Assembly (NCBI RefSeq): GCF_000143415.4 | Contig: NW_003314269.1 | Coordinates: 1,619,544-1,683,543 of the forward strand | Source: Selaginella moellendorffii | Taxonomy: Eukaryota; Plantae; Lycopodiophyta | DNA length: 64,000 nt | Direction of reading: 5' to 3' | In this document: positions 44,450-56,532 of the stretch, in pieces | How positions within the stretch are numbered: the stretch's first letter is position 1 | Layout: the number at the start of each line of letters is the position of its first letter | Made by a program: the position numbers and the translations under genes | The notes under the pieces: model-generated | What the model saw: the letters and a program-made list of their open reading frames with translations, nothing else | The model's database searches: none | Told to the model about the DNA's origin: nothing

Positions 44450-47400
44450 TATCTCATCATTTTTCTCTTATCCTGCCACTGCATATCACTTACTCCCATT
44501 TGGATCAAATGACTTCCATGATCCAAGACACAATTGATAAATTTCTTAGCACCCTAAGCAGGAACCATGTGTCAATTCCCAAGTTTTGTGACTTTGTTAA
44601 ATTAGATCCAATTTGTATGTAATCACTTTGGATGAAAAATACAAAGTTAAAATAGAATTTTCATCAATGCCTAAATTGTTATACTAACCTTAGTATATCT
44701 TTTAAAGGCTTCAAAGAGTTGTTATTCCTTTTTCACAAAAATTGGTCATAGGAGTGAAATTGAGCTCGAAATCATACCCTACACTTTTTCTTTGTAATCA
44801 AAGATTATACAAGAGGAAACTAATTTAAAAAAATGTTTTAAAAGAGCATAATAACAAAGGTAGATTTTGCCTCAGCTTTATTGTTGCCATAACAATAAAG
44901 AATAAACTAGATAAAAGAGACTATAGAAAAATGAGAACTATGAAATGAAAGCAAAAATGAGAGCAAAAATAAACACTAGAGAATGAGAGACAAGACCAAA
45001 AGGGATGTTACTTTTAAGTGAAATTTTTGTAATGTGTGATAAAGAATGTGTTAGTTTACATGTAAAGAGAGGCTTGATCATTTGATTTTTAAGGCATAAT
45101 AATATGGATTGGGATTTAGCTAATCTAAATTGTATAATGTTTTGAGCTACATGAATGCCCTTTCCAATTCCAGAAGAAAAAAAGGGATCTAGATAGTCTA
45201 CCACTATTTCTTGTCATACTTCTAAAAGATTTTTTTGTAAATGCTTTGTTTGCAACTGTGATGCCTCTAGTCTCCTCATCTTCCCCAGCTCCCAATATCA
45301 ATCCATCAAGAATTCTAGAGGAATAAATTACACTTTGGATCCTTAGAGCTTTGCTAGGAGATAGACAAAAAATAAAAAAAGAGTAGATAGAGAAATGATT
45401 TTCTCCTTTATTTCCAAGGTGTATGCTTGTAGAATTCTCCCAGAATGGCAATCTGGATCTAAATTTGCCTGACCTAATTTTAAGGCATAAGCTATATGTC
45501 ATTGTATTCTTGCAAGACAATGTTGTGGATGACGGTAATCAAAACCTAGAAATGTCTTCAATAAAATGTTTAAGAGGACCATAGTCAATTATGCAAAATT
45601 GCTTATGCTTGAGGAAGTGGGGATTTGCCATTGGCTCATTTTGAGACCATATTTGACATGGCATCCCAATCAACCTATAGGTGGTGCTAGTTGCAGCCAT
45701 TTTATAGTTGACATTTCAATGTATGTCCATGCATACATAACTATATACTACTATATTAATAATGGTATTGGCAATTGGAGGGAAGGGCACAATAGCTGGA
45801 GGAGAGCAATTGGAAGCACTGGCTGCTTGGTTTGTGGCTTGAGTTATGTTTATAGCAACTACTGAAATTAGAAGGATTGGTTAGAGGGTGGTTTGTGAAG
45901 TTAAAGGTGTTAACTGAAGAGTTGTGGTAGTGTAATGCACTCTATCTTTTTCCCCTTTGAAAAGGGCCAATTGCTTAATGAAAGAACTTTTAGTGGTTAT
46001 TTTATCCCTAAGGTTCCAAAGATCTACGATGATAATACATTTAAATTTCATCCCATGATCACATATATTACAAGTAACAATAGAGTTAGAAACATTAGCT
46101 GGAAGCTAGAGCTAGAGGTGTTCCTGGGCAAAGACAAGGTTTTCATTAGCAACTGGAGGAGATGATGTGGCTAGGTGGTGGCATGAGGCCAACTCTCAAT
46201 GCTTAGGTGAGTTTATGAGATCCCATTTTTCTGTAGAGTGTAAGTTTGTTTGCTATCTTGTTTCATTGATAAAACAAATGGCAAGGAAATTTCATTCATA
46301 TGGTGTGTGTTGTTGAAATCATTTAGCAAGCTTTTGATTTAAATTTAACAGACTTTGTTGATTACATTTCTTCCGAGATGCTACAGTACAAAACCATGCA
46401 AGTGGTTGTTTTAAGTCTTGGATGGCCATGGGCAAAGCTTTATCAGGTTCTAGAAGGGAGTGATTGGAGGGGTATATTTTACACAGACACATTCCAGAAG
46501 ATGGTATGGGTGTACTCCCTCTTGATGAAGCTGGTTAGGGGTGTGGAGGGCCATGTCAATGCTATTTAAAACAAGTTTTTGAGCTGGACAAGAAAATATT
46601 AGAAAGGTACTCCATGTTATTGATGCATAAATGGTGATACATGCATATTAAAGTGGTCATACTCCATAACCCACCTGATACTTTACTGGCACATTGATTG
46701 CAAGTTTATTTTTATGTTTTAATGTGCTTTTGTATGAATCAAATTTTTTTCCGCAGGCCATTATAAGCTTGAGCCTTGGAAAATCTACACCCATGCTATG
46801 CATCAACTTTATATAGTCTCTCATTGCATAGCAAATACGAAGTCATTTTCATATATAGTAGCAGTCTAGAAATATGAGAGGTATGTGCTCAAAAAAGTTT
46901 AATAGCATTGAAGCCAATTTGAGCACAACCTAGCATGTTAGAACCTTTATATAATACGTTCCTGCAATTGGGTCTACCATTCTGGCCTTCCAACCAGCTG
47001 GCAAACACTCAGAATGAGTTGTTAGGTCAGCTTGTATCACAAAATTCATGTACTCTTTTTCAAGATCATTCCATTGTTGAAGGAAAATGAATTTTACTTA
47101 TTAGAGGTATGTCTGTGCAACTTTGAAGCTTTTTTTCTCGTGGTAGCATCTCAAAACAGTCTTATAGCCTTAAAGTAGATCTGAACAAACCCTTGAGGAG
47201 TACAAGGTGCTACTCAACCTTACCATAGAGTGTGACATCGTGGATGTCCAACAAAAGCCCATGCCCTTGTTGTGCTTCACTGGCAAGACATAGACAATAT
47301 ATCCAAGATTACTTCCATGTCAAACTCCTTCACAAAGGTTTCCATGAAGCTCAATCATAAGATACTCAGCCATATTCAACCACGAGTAGTTGAACCATGT

Positions 47401-47800
47401 TACTAGATCAAAGTTCAAGGTTGCAATTGTAGTTCTTTGGTCTCTTTGGTCACCTCTTATGGTTCCTTGCTCGAATGCGAAGGGCCAGATATATTTCTCC
47501 TCCCTATTCATGTATGCTTTGAAGAAAACATTCATGAATCTCAAGCTGGATCTTATGGAAACAATAGGACTGCTACAAGTTTTGATTTGAGAGGGACTGG
47601 GTAAGCACTTACAACAATAGCCTTTTCTCTAAGGCTTGCTCTTAACATGGCTGATAATAGCTTTCTCCTCACCTATTTGACACACCAGTTCATAAGACAA
47701 TTTAACACTGTTTCGAGCTGCAACAGAAACAAGATAATTTTATATTCTTGATGAAAGAAATATAAAAGTTAAAGGCATAAAGGACTTCTTTTGCCCCTTG
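44450..47800. other. AT-rich unresolved tract, probably decayed repeat or TE sequence
   Basis: About 3.3 kb with only short ORFs and lower GC than the flanking genes. No diagnostic motif found. Confidence 0.3.
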
Positions 47801-47831
47801 GCATAGAGTACCATTTTCTACCACCTTTATT

Positions 47832-49220
47832 TCATGCAAGAGACCGCCTCAAATCGCTTGCACCCGAGGAAACAAGACGCGTGATCAATGCTGCAACTCT
47901 CTGGAGGTGGTGCTCCTCGTCCTCCTGGCCGTGACCACCCATGTAAGCTGGAACCACGAGAAGGTTCTGCCTCATCGATGCCGGGTAACGCCACTCCGAA
48001 TCGTCCACGGCGATCACTCTCTCCAGCCTCCGCCCCAGCTTACTCAGATCCTTGGAGTCGCTCACCAGGTGCTGCGCGTACAGCCGGTGCGAGAAGATGC
48101 CACTCCCTGCGGGATCCAGCACCTCGTCCACCACCGCATCCGCGTAAGCCTGCCACGACGCCGTCCACAACACCAACTCACACTTGTTCGCCATGCTCGC
48201 CAGGAACTCCTCCACCCCCGGGCGCTTGGCCACCCTGTGCAGTGTGGCGTCCTCACTCGACGATACCCGGTAGCTGCTCACCAGCGTCTCGTCCAGATCT
48301 AGCACCAGCGTCGGCCTCCCAGAGTCCGGGGCCGGGGGGAGATACGCCCCATCACCCGCGGGGAGTGGAGTGATGGGTTTGCCAAGCGCGACTCGCAATG
48401 CCAGGTTGTGGCTCGCCGTGCTCATGCTGCTTCCCAGCCCGAGATTGAGATTGTATCTCTGTTGCTGCTCGCCGTTGCGGATGCTCCGGAAGACACCTTG
48501 CACCTTGAGGTGCCTCAACCCCCATAGCCAGTCGTCGCTCGAAAGCTTGGCCAAGTCGAGCAGCACCTGAGCAAGGAGCTTGAGTCGACCATCGTCGCTA
48601 TGCCGGGCGTCCGGGAGATACTTCGGCACCACAATGACGTGATCTGAGTCGCCAGCGGTTGTAGAGCTCGTTGCTGTCACAGCCAGCGCCTGGAAGGTAG
48701 CATCACTACACAGTCTAGCAAGCGAGTCGCTTGCTTGGATCGTCCCATGGTTCTGGAGCTGGAACCATCCAGAAGAGAGCTCGCACTGCAGTGCCTGCTT
48801 GACAACTCGCCGTGCGTGATCCTGCTGGAGCGCAGTGCACAGGACGAGCTCGTACTGCTTGGCCATGTCTCGCAGGAAATCATCCAGGCCCGGTCGTTTC
48901 GACACGAGAATGCAGCCATCCGGGAGCTCGACACTGCTCGTCAGGGTGTCTTCCAAGAGGAGGATCAAGGCCCGGCCGGATGGTGTCCATGATCGGCCAT
49001 CCAGCAGCGGACAGAATCGATCATCCTCCTCCTGATGTTGCCGGAGTTTCACGTCGAAGTAGGACCACTCTACCTTGGGCACGGACGAGAGCGCCAGAGA
49101 GAGCTCGCGCCTGTCGTCGTCTGCGGATCTGTCGTAGCATCTGTTGCGAGCGTACCAGTAACGCTTGGTGTCCTGGTTGGCTTTCTCCTGCTTGAGAGCC
49201 TTGAGCATAGCCTTCGACAT
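47832..49220 (-). CDS. SCP/FCP1-like (NIF, HAD-fold) phosphatase with two tandem domains, intronless
   Basis: C-terminal domain PTLVLDLDETLV...KRPGVEEFL...ELVLWTAS...KDLSKLGR...AVDDS; N-terminal degenerate copy LILLLEDTL...KRPGLDDFL...ELVLCTA. Confidence 0.88.
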   Translation of the reverse strand: MSKAMLKALKQEKANQDTKRYWYARNRCYDRSADDDRRELSLALSSVPKVEWSYFDVKLRQHQEEDDRFCPLLDGRSWTPSGRALILLLEDTLTSSVELPDGCILVSKRPGLDDFLRDMAKQYELVLCTALQQDHARRVVKQALQCELSSGWFQLQNHGTIQASDSLARLCSDATFQALAVTATSSTTAGDSDHVIVVPKYLPDARHSDDGRLKLLAQVLLDLAKLSSDDWLWGLRHLKVQGVFRSIRNGEQQQRYNLNLGLGSSMSTASHNLALRVALGKPITPLPAGDGAYLPPAPDSGRPTLVLDLDETLVSSYRVSSSEDATLHRVAKRPGVEEFLASMANKCELVLWTASWQAYADAVVDEVLDPAGSGIFSHRLYAQHLVSDSKDLSKLGRRLERVIAVDDSEWRYPASMRQNLLVVPAYMGGHGQEDEEHHLQRVAALITRLVSSGASDLRRSLA

Positions 49221-49416
49221 CTTAAACCCTAAAATGGTTCTCGAGACCCTAATTTTTTTAACCTTTATTAAAAAGTTCTATTCTAAATGTGTACCTTTTT
49301 CAGTGTTTTCTGAAAAAATCTCGAACTTTTTGTTTAGAGAGAGATGGTGTTTTAGCTCACCGCAACAGCGATCGACTTTTAAACACCTTGCACCGTCGCC
49401 TGCTACCTAGACGAGG

Positions 49417-51198
49417 TTATTTTAGATAGAAGACACTGTACAAATTGGCTAGCATGACATAAACCCTCGAATTCCTACGATCCAGCTCGAATAGGCGCGC
49501 GGCCACCCGCACTCCGCGTCCAACATCTCGGTGACCACGACAAGCGGCAAGCAGGCACACCCAGTCGAAAGCATCCGGCTCGTAAGGCATTGCCGAGATG
49601 AGATCCCATGCATCTCTCACGTATCCTGCGCGTCCCAGGAGCTCGATCATGCAGCAGTAGTGCTGCTTGGTGAGATTCCCCAGCCCGAAATCCGTGGTCA
49701 GGGACAGGAACACTCGTCGCCCCTTTCGGACATCGCCCGCGTGGCTGCTCGCTCGGAGGATGCTCGTCAGGGACACCTCGTCTGGAGTGTACAGGAGCTC
49801 CATCTGGTGGAAAGCCTTCGTTGCTTGGAGTGGTTTTCCGTTGTGTGCGTAGGCTGCAAGGATCAAGTTCCAGGACACCAAGTCCTGCTCGGGCATCTCT
49901 TGAAAGAGTTTCAAGGCCTTTGCAACATGTCCAGAGAAGGCATATGCACAAACGATAGAGTTCCACGAGACAAGGTCTTTTTGCGGGAAGTTATCGAAGA
50001 ATGGCTTTGCTTCTGACGTATGGCCGTAAGTTGCATGCCCGGATAAGACTGCATTCCAGCAGCCTGGGCTAGAAAGTTGATGAGCTTTAAGGAGATTTGT
50101 TGCAAATGCGGTGTGCCCGTTTTGGGCATATGCTGCAAGGAGCGTCATCCACGAGATCTCGTCGTGCTCAGGCATTGTGTCAAACAAAAACTTTGCCTCT
50201 TCAAGGCTGGAATTCTCAGCAAGAGCAAAGATCATTGCTGTGTTTGAGAAGAGATCCTTCTCTCGGAGGCTTTCGAACACCTCCTTCGCGACTTTGTAAT
50301 GACCGTTCTGGGCATACGCGCAGAGCATGATCGTGCATGAAACAGAGCTCACGTCCTTCATCTGATCAAACAGAGCCTCCGCCCGGCACAAATCCCCACT
50401 CCTAGCGTAGGCATCCAGCATCGCATTGTGCGCTACGAGGTCCCTCATCCCCACCGGCATCGACTCAAACACCTCCCTGGCGCCGCCGAAAGCTCCCACC
50501 AGCGAGTACGCCGCCAGAATGGTCGTGCACGACACGGAATCTCGCTCCGGCATGGAATCAAACAACCCTTTCGCGCAGCCGAGATCCCCGAGCTGGCAAT
50601 GCCCGGCAAGCATCGTGTTCCACGACACAAGGTTCCACTCGGGCATGGAATGGTAGACATGGGCGGCCTGGATAAGATCCTTGCACTGAACGTACGCCGA
50701 AAGAAGCGCCGTCCACGAAACAATGTTCCTCTCCTCCATCGCGAGAAACAAATCAGTCGCCAAAACAAGATGCCCGCTTTGGGCATATGCTGCAAGCATA
50801 GTGTTCCAAGAGACCAGATTCCTTTCAGGCATTCGATCATAGAAAGCTTGCACCTGTGAGGTTACACCAAGCTGGGAATACGCTGCCAGTATTGCATTGA
50901 ATGACACCAGGTTTTGGTATTGCATAGAATCAAACACCAACTTCGCAGCTCCAAGATGCCCGTTGTGGGCATATGTATTGAGGAGCAAAACCCACGAGTA
51001 AATGTCGATACGGGGCATCGCGTGGAACACGGCGAGCGCGTCCCGTACGCTCCCACACCGTCCGTACATCTCGATGAGCTTGTTGTGGGCGTAAACGTCG
51101 TCGTGGCGGATTGTTTGCGCGGCGCGTGTGTGGGCATTTTGAGCGGCAGCGAAAGTGGCAGAAGATTCTATCAAGCACAGACAATCTGTGCGATTCAT
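49417..51198 (-). CDS. PLS-class PPR protein with E-type end, no DYW domain
   Basis: Tandem MPERNLVSWNTML repeats, HYCCMIELLGRAG and VYVMLANLYS. Confidence 0.92.
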   Translation of the reverse strand: MNRTDCLCLIESSATFAAAQNAHTRAAQTIRHDDVYAHNKLIEMYGRCGSVRDALAVFHAMPRIDIYSWVLLLNTYAHNGHLGAAKLVFDSMQYQNLVSFNAILAAYSQLGVTSQVQAFYDRMPERNLVSWNTMLAAYAQSGHLVLATDLFLAMEERNIVSWTALLSAYVQCKDLIQAAHVYHSMPEWNLVSWNTMLAGHCQLGDLGCAKGLFDSMPERDSVSCTTILAAYSLVGAFGGAREVFESMPVGMRDLVAHNAMLDAYARSGDLCRAEALFDQMKDVSSVSCTIMLCAYAQNGHYKVAKEVFESLREKDLFSNTAMIFALAENSSLEEAKFLFDTMPEHDEISWMTLLAAYAQNGHTAFATNLLKAHQLSSPGCWNAVLSGHATYGHTSEAKPFFDNFPQKDLVSWNSIVCAYAFSGHVAKALKLFQEMPEQDLVSWNLILAAYAHNGKPLQATKAFHQMELLYTPDEVSLTSILRASSHAGDVRKGRRVFLSLTTDFGLGNLTKQHYCCMIELLGRAGYVRDAWDLISAMPYEPDAFDWVCLLAACRGHRDVGRGVRVAARLFELDRRNSRVYVMLANLYSVFYLK

Positions 51199-51354
51199 CC
51201 ACCATCTAGAAAGAAGTTCTAGGAATAAAACAAAGAGGGTGTGGAAGGCGACGCATTATGGTGATTTTGGGTCATGGTGCCCAATAAACTTCGTGGTTTT
51301 CATGGACGAAAGGAGAAGCGTCCATTCTAGGGTTCCATTCCAACCTTCCTGGCC

Positions 51355-53209
51355 ATGGCCGAGGCGCCTCTGCCTGGCGGCCTCAAGGACAGCGGCTGCG
51401 GCGGCGAGGACAGCTTCTTGCAAGCGCTGGATCGGTGCATTGCGGCCGCTGGCAAGGGATTCGCGATTGGAGCTGGATTGCGTGGTGGATTGGTGATTTT
51501 TGCCGTGATGGCGCGGCTCAGGAAGGCGTCCTTGCTCCTCAGGTCTGTCTTGCGCGTGTCTAGCCACGCGAATTTCGCTTCTTAGCGTTCTTGTTTTCGG
51601 CCTTTTCTAGATCAAGTGGAGGGAGGATCGCTGACAAGCATTTGGTTCGCAATGCCTTGAAGGAGACATTGCGGTATGGATTCTTTGTGGGCGCCTTCGC
51701 TGGTGTCTACACAAGCGTGGACGAGCTCGTTGCTTCCTTGGTAGGATTTGGAAGGTATGTGTGGACCGCTCTTTCAAATTTTGTGACTTAGTTTTGCGAG
51801 TTCTTCTATCTATCAGGTCTGCGAGGTGGCGATCGCTTGTTGCCGGCGCCATTGCCGGCCCCTCCTTGCTCTTGACGGGGCCCAAAACTCGTCATACAAG
51901 CATGGCGCTTTACATTCTCATGCGAGCAGCTGTACTTGCTGCTCGGTGCGGTGTCAAGAGCAAGAAGGTTGGGTGGCTGTTTAGTCCCGTCTCTTGGAAG
52001 CACGGTGATGTGCTGCTTATGTGCTTGTCATCATCACAGATCTTGTAAGGTTCTTTGTCTTTGTTTTGATTTCTTTGCTGGCTTTGCTATTTGCTAAAAC
52101 CGGTTTTGGCTTCCGGACAGGTCCGCGTGGATTCTCAAGCCGGACACACTTCCATCGTCTTATGTTTCATTCCTAAACAAGCACGGTGGCAAGGACATGT
52201 CAGTAGTCCGAGGCATTCGGGAGCTGGCGCTCCGGGAGCCACTGACGAGCTTAGCGAAAATCCAGGAGCACTACAGAGACAACGGGACTGAGATTCAGCT
52301 CGACCCGACGATGAAAGTACCCTGCACTGTAAGTCATGTAGTACCACTCTTTGTTTTGTAGCTTGATTTGTCAATTCTTTATGCAGATGATTCATGCCAA
52401 TCAGCTTTGTCTAATTCATTTTCTGCAATTCATAGGAGACGCGTATGTGAGATCGCTAATGGTCTACTTGCCGGTGTACCTCGGCCCCGCTGTCGTAGTA
52501 CATCGACAGGGTCTTCTCAAAAGGTACCACACACTTGCAATTCGGTTGCTACAAAGCATCGTCTTTTGTCATGGTGATTTCAGGCCTTTTACAATTCTAA
52601 CAAAGTCGCTATTGGGAACAGCTAGATCCAGCTTATTCCTCGCAACGTATTGTGCATCAGCCTGGTAAGCTAGGATCTGTTCATTCGGAAATTGATGCTT
52701 GAAACTCTGTGTAGGGGCTGGACTTGTCTTTTGTTTCGACTGCTCAACGGATGCAACCCTGCAACTCTGGCCTTGGGAACTGTAAGAAAAAATCCAGCTT
52801 TTTATTTTTCGTTCTAAGCAGATTCCACTTTGTCCAGTTCCCGACCGGCTTGGCACTCACGATCGAGAAGAAGAGCCGCAGGATGGAGATCGCCCTCTAC
52901 TGCTTCTCCCGCGCGCTGGAGAGCCTGGGCCTGTGCATCACGAGCTCCGCCGCGTTCCAGCCACACCACCACCGCCTCCCAAAGCGCACCGACGTGGTGC
53001 TCTTCAGCTTCGCGACGTCGATCATCATGCACTGCTACGCGCGGGAGCGCGACGTCTTCCGATCAAAGTACCTCAACGTGCTGGACTGGGTGTTTGGCGT
53101 CCCCCGCAGTGACGATCCTGTTCAGCGCTCGGTAGACAAGAAGAAGAATCGCGCAGAGAAAACTAAAGAAGATGGAGATGACGATGAGAGAGCCAATTGC
53201 GCGGCGTGA
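51355..53209 (+). CDS. TMEM135-like membrane protein, multi-exon
   Basis: KGFAIGAGLRGG, ETLRYG, WRSLVAGAIAGPS, HGDVLLMCLSSSQIL, IEKKSRRMEIALYC and REREVFRSKYLNVLDWVFG-type motifs. Confidence 0.85.
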
Positions 53210-53253
53210 TTCTCATGCTCTAGACAAAAGTAATCTAAGAACTATTGTGAGAA

Positions 53254-53256
<3 letters not shown>

Positions 53257-53284
<28 letters not shown>
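53257..53284. repeat. (AG)n microsatellite
   Basis: About 14 AG units upstream of the YUCCA gene. Confidence 0.95.
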
Positions 53285-53287
<3 letters not shown>

Positions 53288-53599
53288 ACACTGCTTGCCA
53301 AGTGGCGACATCTCCCAGTCCCCAAATGGAAGGCCTCTGGGAAATGTGAGCCTCCCATTATATTAGCGATGATTGTGGATATCTCTTAAGCTTTATATAA
53401 TCTTAGCAGGCCAAGGAGGAAGGGAGGGAGGCTCTATTGCTTGGGAGAGGCTTCCATTTTCTAAAAGCATTGCTTGTCCCATTTTCTTTGTCCTACTAGT
53501 ATAAACACTATAGTAGCGGAGCAAGGGAGAGCTCCTCGCCTTCTTCTCCTTCCTCTTGCTCCTCAGCTCTCTTGGCCTTTTCGTACGCTCCTTTCCACC

Positions 53600-55219
53600 A
53601 TGATTGAGGGAATCGAGGCGATGGAGCAAGCCTGGATGATCAGCGACACCAGCGACAGCAGCAGCGACAGTGATCTTGGCGGGCGGAGCGGCTCCAGCTC
53701 CTCCTCCCCATCTCCTCATGCTCCTTCTCCTCCTCCTCCTCTTCCGAGCGCCAATTCGCCATCGATCGTCGATTCTTCTTCGTGGGTCGAGGGAGCCATC
53801 ATCGTCGGGGCCGGGCCGGCGGGGCTGGCGGTGGCGGCATGCCTCAAGGATCGCGGCGTGCCCAGCATTGTCCTGGACAAGGCCAATTGCATCGCGTCGC
53901 TGTGGCAGCAGCGCACCTACGATCGCCTCCACCTCCACATCGCCAAGCAGTACTGCGAGCTTCCCCTGCTCTCGTTCGCGCGCGACGTCCCGCAGTACCC
54001 CACCAAGAACCAATTCATCGACTACCTCCACGATTACGCGCGCCACTTTGAGATCCAGCCCCTGTTCGATCGCTGCGTGGTGGCGGCCACTCGCGAGCAG
54101 AGCGGCGATCGATCGCTCTGGCGAGTGGAGACCGTGGACAAGAGGAGAGGCGTGAGGGAGGAGTTTAGGAGCCGATGGCTGGTGGTGGCCACCGGGGAGA
54201 ACGGCGCGGAGAGGATTCCGGAGGATTTGCGCCCCGGGCTGGATCGTTTCCAAGGCACGGTGCTCCACTCGAGCCAGTACCGCAATGGCAAGCCTTTCAA
54301 GGGCCAGCGCGTTTTGGTGGTGGGGTGTGGCAATTCGGGCATGGAGATTGCGCTGGATCTTCTCAACCATGGCGCACAGCCCTCCATCGTCGTTCGCAGC
54401 CCGGTAAGCTCTCTTCTCTCTCGCTCTCTGTGTCCTTTCCATGCATGCATGCATTGTTCACATCTTTCGGAGAAAAATCTCCAAATATTTACCTTGATTT
54501 TGATCACCTGTCGTGGTTTCAGATGCACATACTTCCTCGGGAAATGTTTGGGAGATCTACATTTGCAGTTGCGATGTCGCTAATGAAGCTTCTACCGTTG
54601 CGTGTTACGGATAAGTTGCTGGTTATGTATGCTACTTTGGCACTTGGAAACACCACTAAGTATGGTATTTTGCGTCCCTCCACTGGGCCACTCGAAACCA
54701 AGGCAAAATTCAGCAAGACTCCCATTTTGGATATGGGTACTTTTCGCAAAATTAGGAGTGGATCTATAAAGGTAAAATAATTTTTATTTTTATTTGTTAT
54801 TTTTAATGGATATAATGGATATTCTAATTTATTCCAGGTGATGCCATGTATGGGAAAAATTGATAGGGAGGGTGTTTATTTTGAGAATGGTCGTTATGAA
54901 TCATATGATTCCATCATTTTGGCAACGGGTTATAAGAGCATGGTGTGTTCATGGTTTAAGGTAATTAGTTTATTAAAAAAAATGGAATAATAATGCTTTG
55001 GTTATTTAGGATGACGGGAATTATTTTTCAAGAGATGGCTTTCCAAAATCGGGCTGGAATTGTGATAAAGGTTTATATGCTGCTGGAATGTCAAGACAAG
55101 GCATTTTTGGAGTATCAAAAGATGCTAAACACATTTCCGATCATATCTATGATGATTTTAATTTTATTGAGAGAAAAAAGACCAATAGTATAGTAAATTT
55201 TAAGATGATGATGAAATGA
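53600..55219 (+). CDS. YUC: YUCCA flavin monooxygenase (auxin biosynthesis), 4 exons
   Basis: GAGPAGLA (FAD), ASLWQQRTYDRLHLH, ATGEN, LHSSQYRNG, GCGNSG (NADPH), HILPRE, ILATGY and GLYAAG; stop TGA at 55217-55219. Confidence 0.93.
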
Positions 55220-56532
55220 CGTAGAAGTTTTTTGTTACGAAATTCTTTTTGAGAAATAAATTAAAATCGAGGAATAAATTTAAGAAAAGTTGTTATGATT
55301 AAATGTTCACACGTTTGTAATCATAAACTCAAGACAGTTTGTGGTTGAGTTTTGTATAATTTTGAGGTCATGACAAATAACTGCTTTGCTAATATTTATA
55401 GATAACCTCCACTTCACTACCAAATCATAGCCTGTATGATAAATATATATAAGCTGATGATGTTGATTCCCCTTTGCATATAGAGAAGATAGTTCTTTCT
55501 AACCAGCAAACTTTAGAATCTTTGACTCACGGGCACTTATTTTCTAATCCCAAGGATCATGAATTGCATTTTTTCCACCGACGTTCTTCACGCACCTATA
55601 AAACCTACGCACAACACAACCACAATTCTAACAGCGGACTTGTTCTTTCCTCTTTATGAGCTTTTGCAATCTTCACCATCCAAGAGCGAACACCACAGCA
55701 ATCTTCATATGATTTTTGCAGTACATCTCCTTACTCCCATGTATATCTATCTAAGTTCATATATGTGGCTGAGAGCTTGAGATCTCTAAAATTCCGAAGG
55801 ACCACATTGTTAGGGACACGAAAGGAAAAAAAAAAAAAAGAAGAGAGAAACAATCTGGAGCTTTCGCACAGAAAGCCTGCACGAACACTCGGGTTGCAAC
55901 AAGATGGCTAGCATGATGTAAAGCTTGTCCAAAAGCCCAAAAGTGATGGGGATGCGAAAGGAAGCACAATCAGGAGCATTTTCATGATCAAAGGGTATCG
56001 ATCGATGGGTGACGTTGGCGGTGCCCCTGGCCAAGGATTAATCGGACGGACCACTCCACAATCATGAGCTCTGGGGTCCCAGCGCTTTGTCCCAGCACCT
56101 GGCTTCACACAATCATCTCCACCTGACGATCTCAATCTCATTCGCGGCTCCAGAAGTGTTTGATCCACAGACGAAAGCTTCATTGGCGGTAAACCGACAA
56201 TGTCCTCGATGCCCAAAAAGTTTTAGAGGCGTTTGATTCGCGCAGTCGAGTCGTCCGTGAGGTCACTCGAGTCTCAGTTGGTCTAGATAACAAAGCCCAT
56301 TGCATTCCAGATGCCCTGCATGGGCATATGACAACGTTTGCACGTACTCTAAAACCAACTTTCAGGAAGCTTTCTGTCAATCCAAAAGAACGTAACGCAA
56401 GATCATTCTCAAAATGCCGGTGATACACTGCAAAAACCAGGGTTTTCCACAGATGCCAGTCTTGGGCATATGGCATACTACATGACTATAGACAACTTGG
56501 GCATAAGAAACACAAGCTAAGCTACCTCCAAT

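Noticed and set aside
53393-54454. 353-aa minus-strand ORF
   Set aside because: Antisense to the GC-rich YUCCA exon 1.
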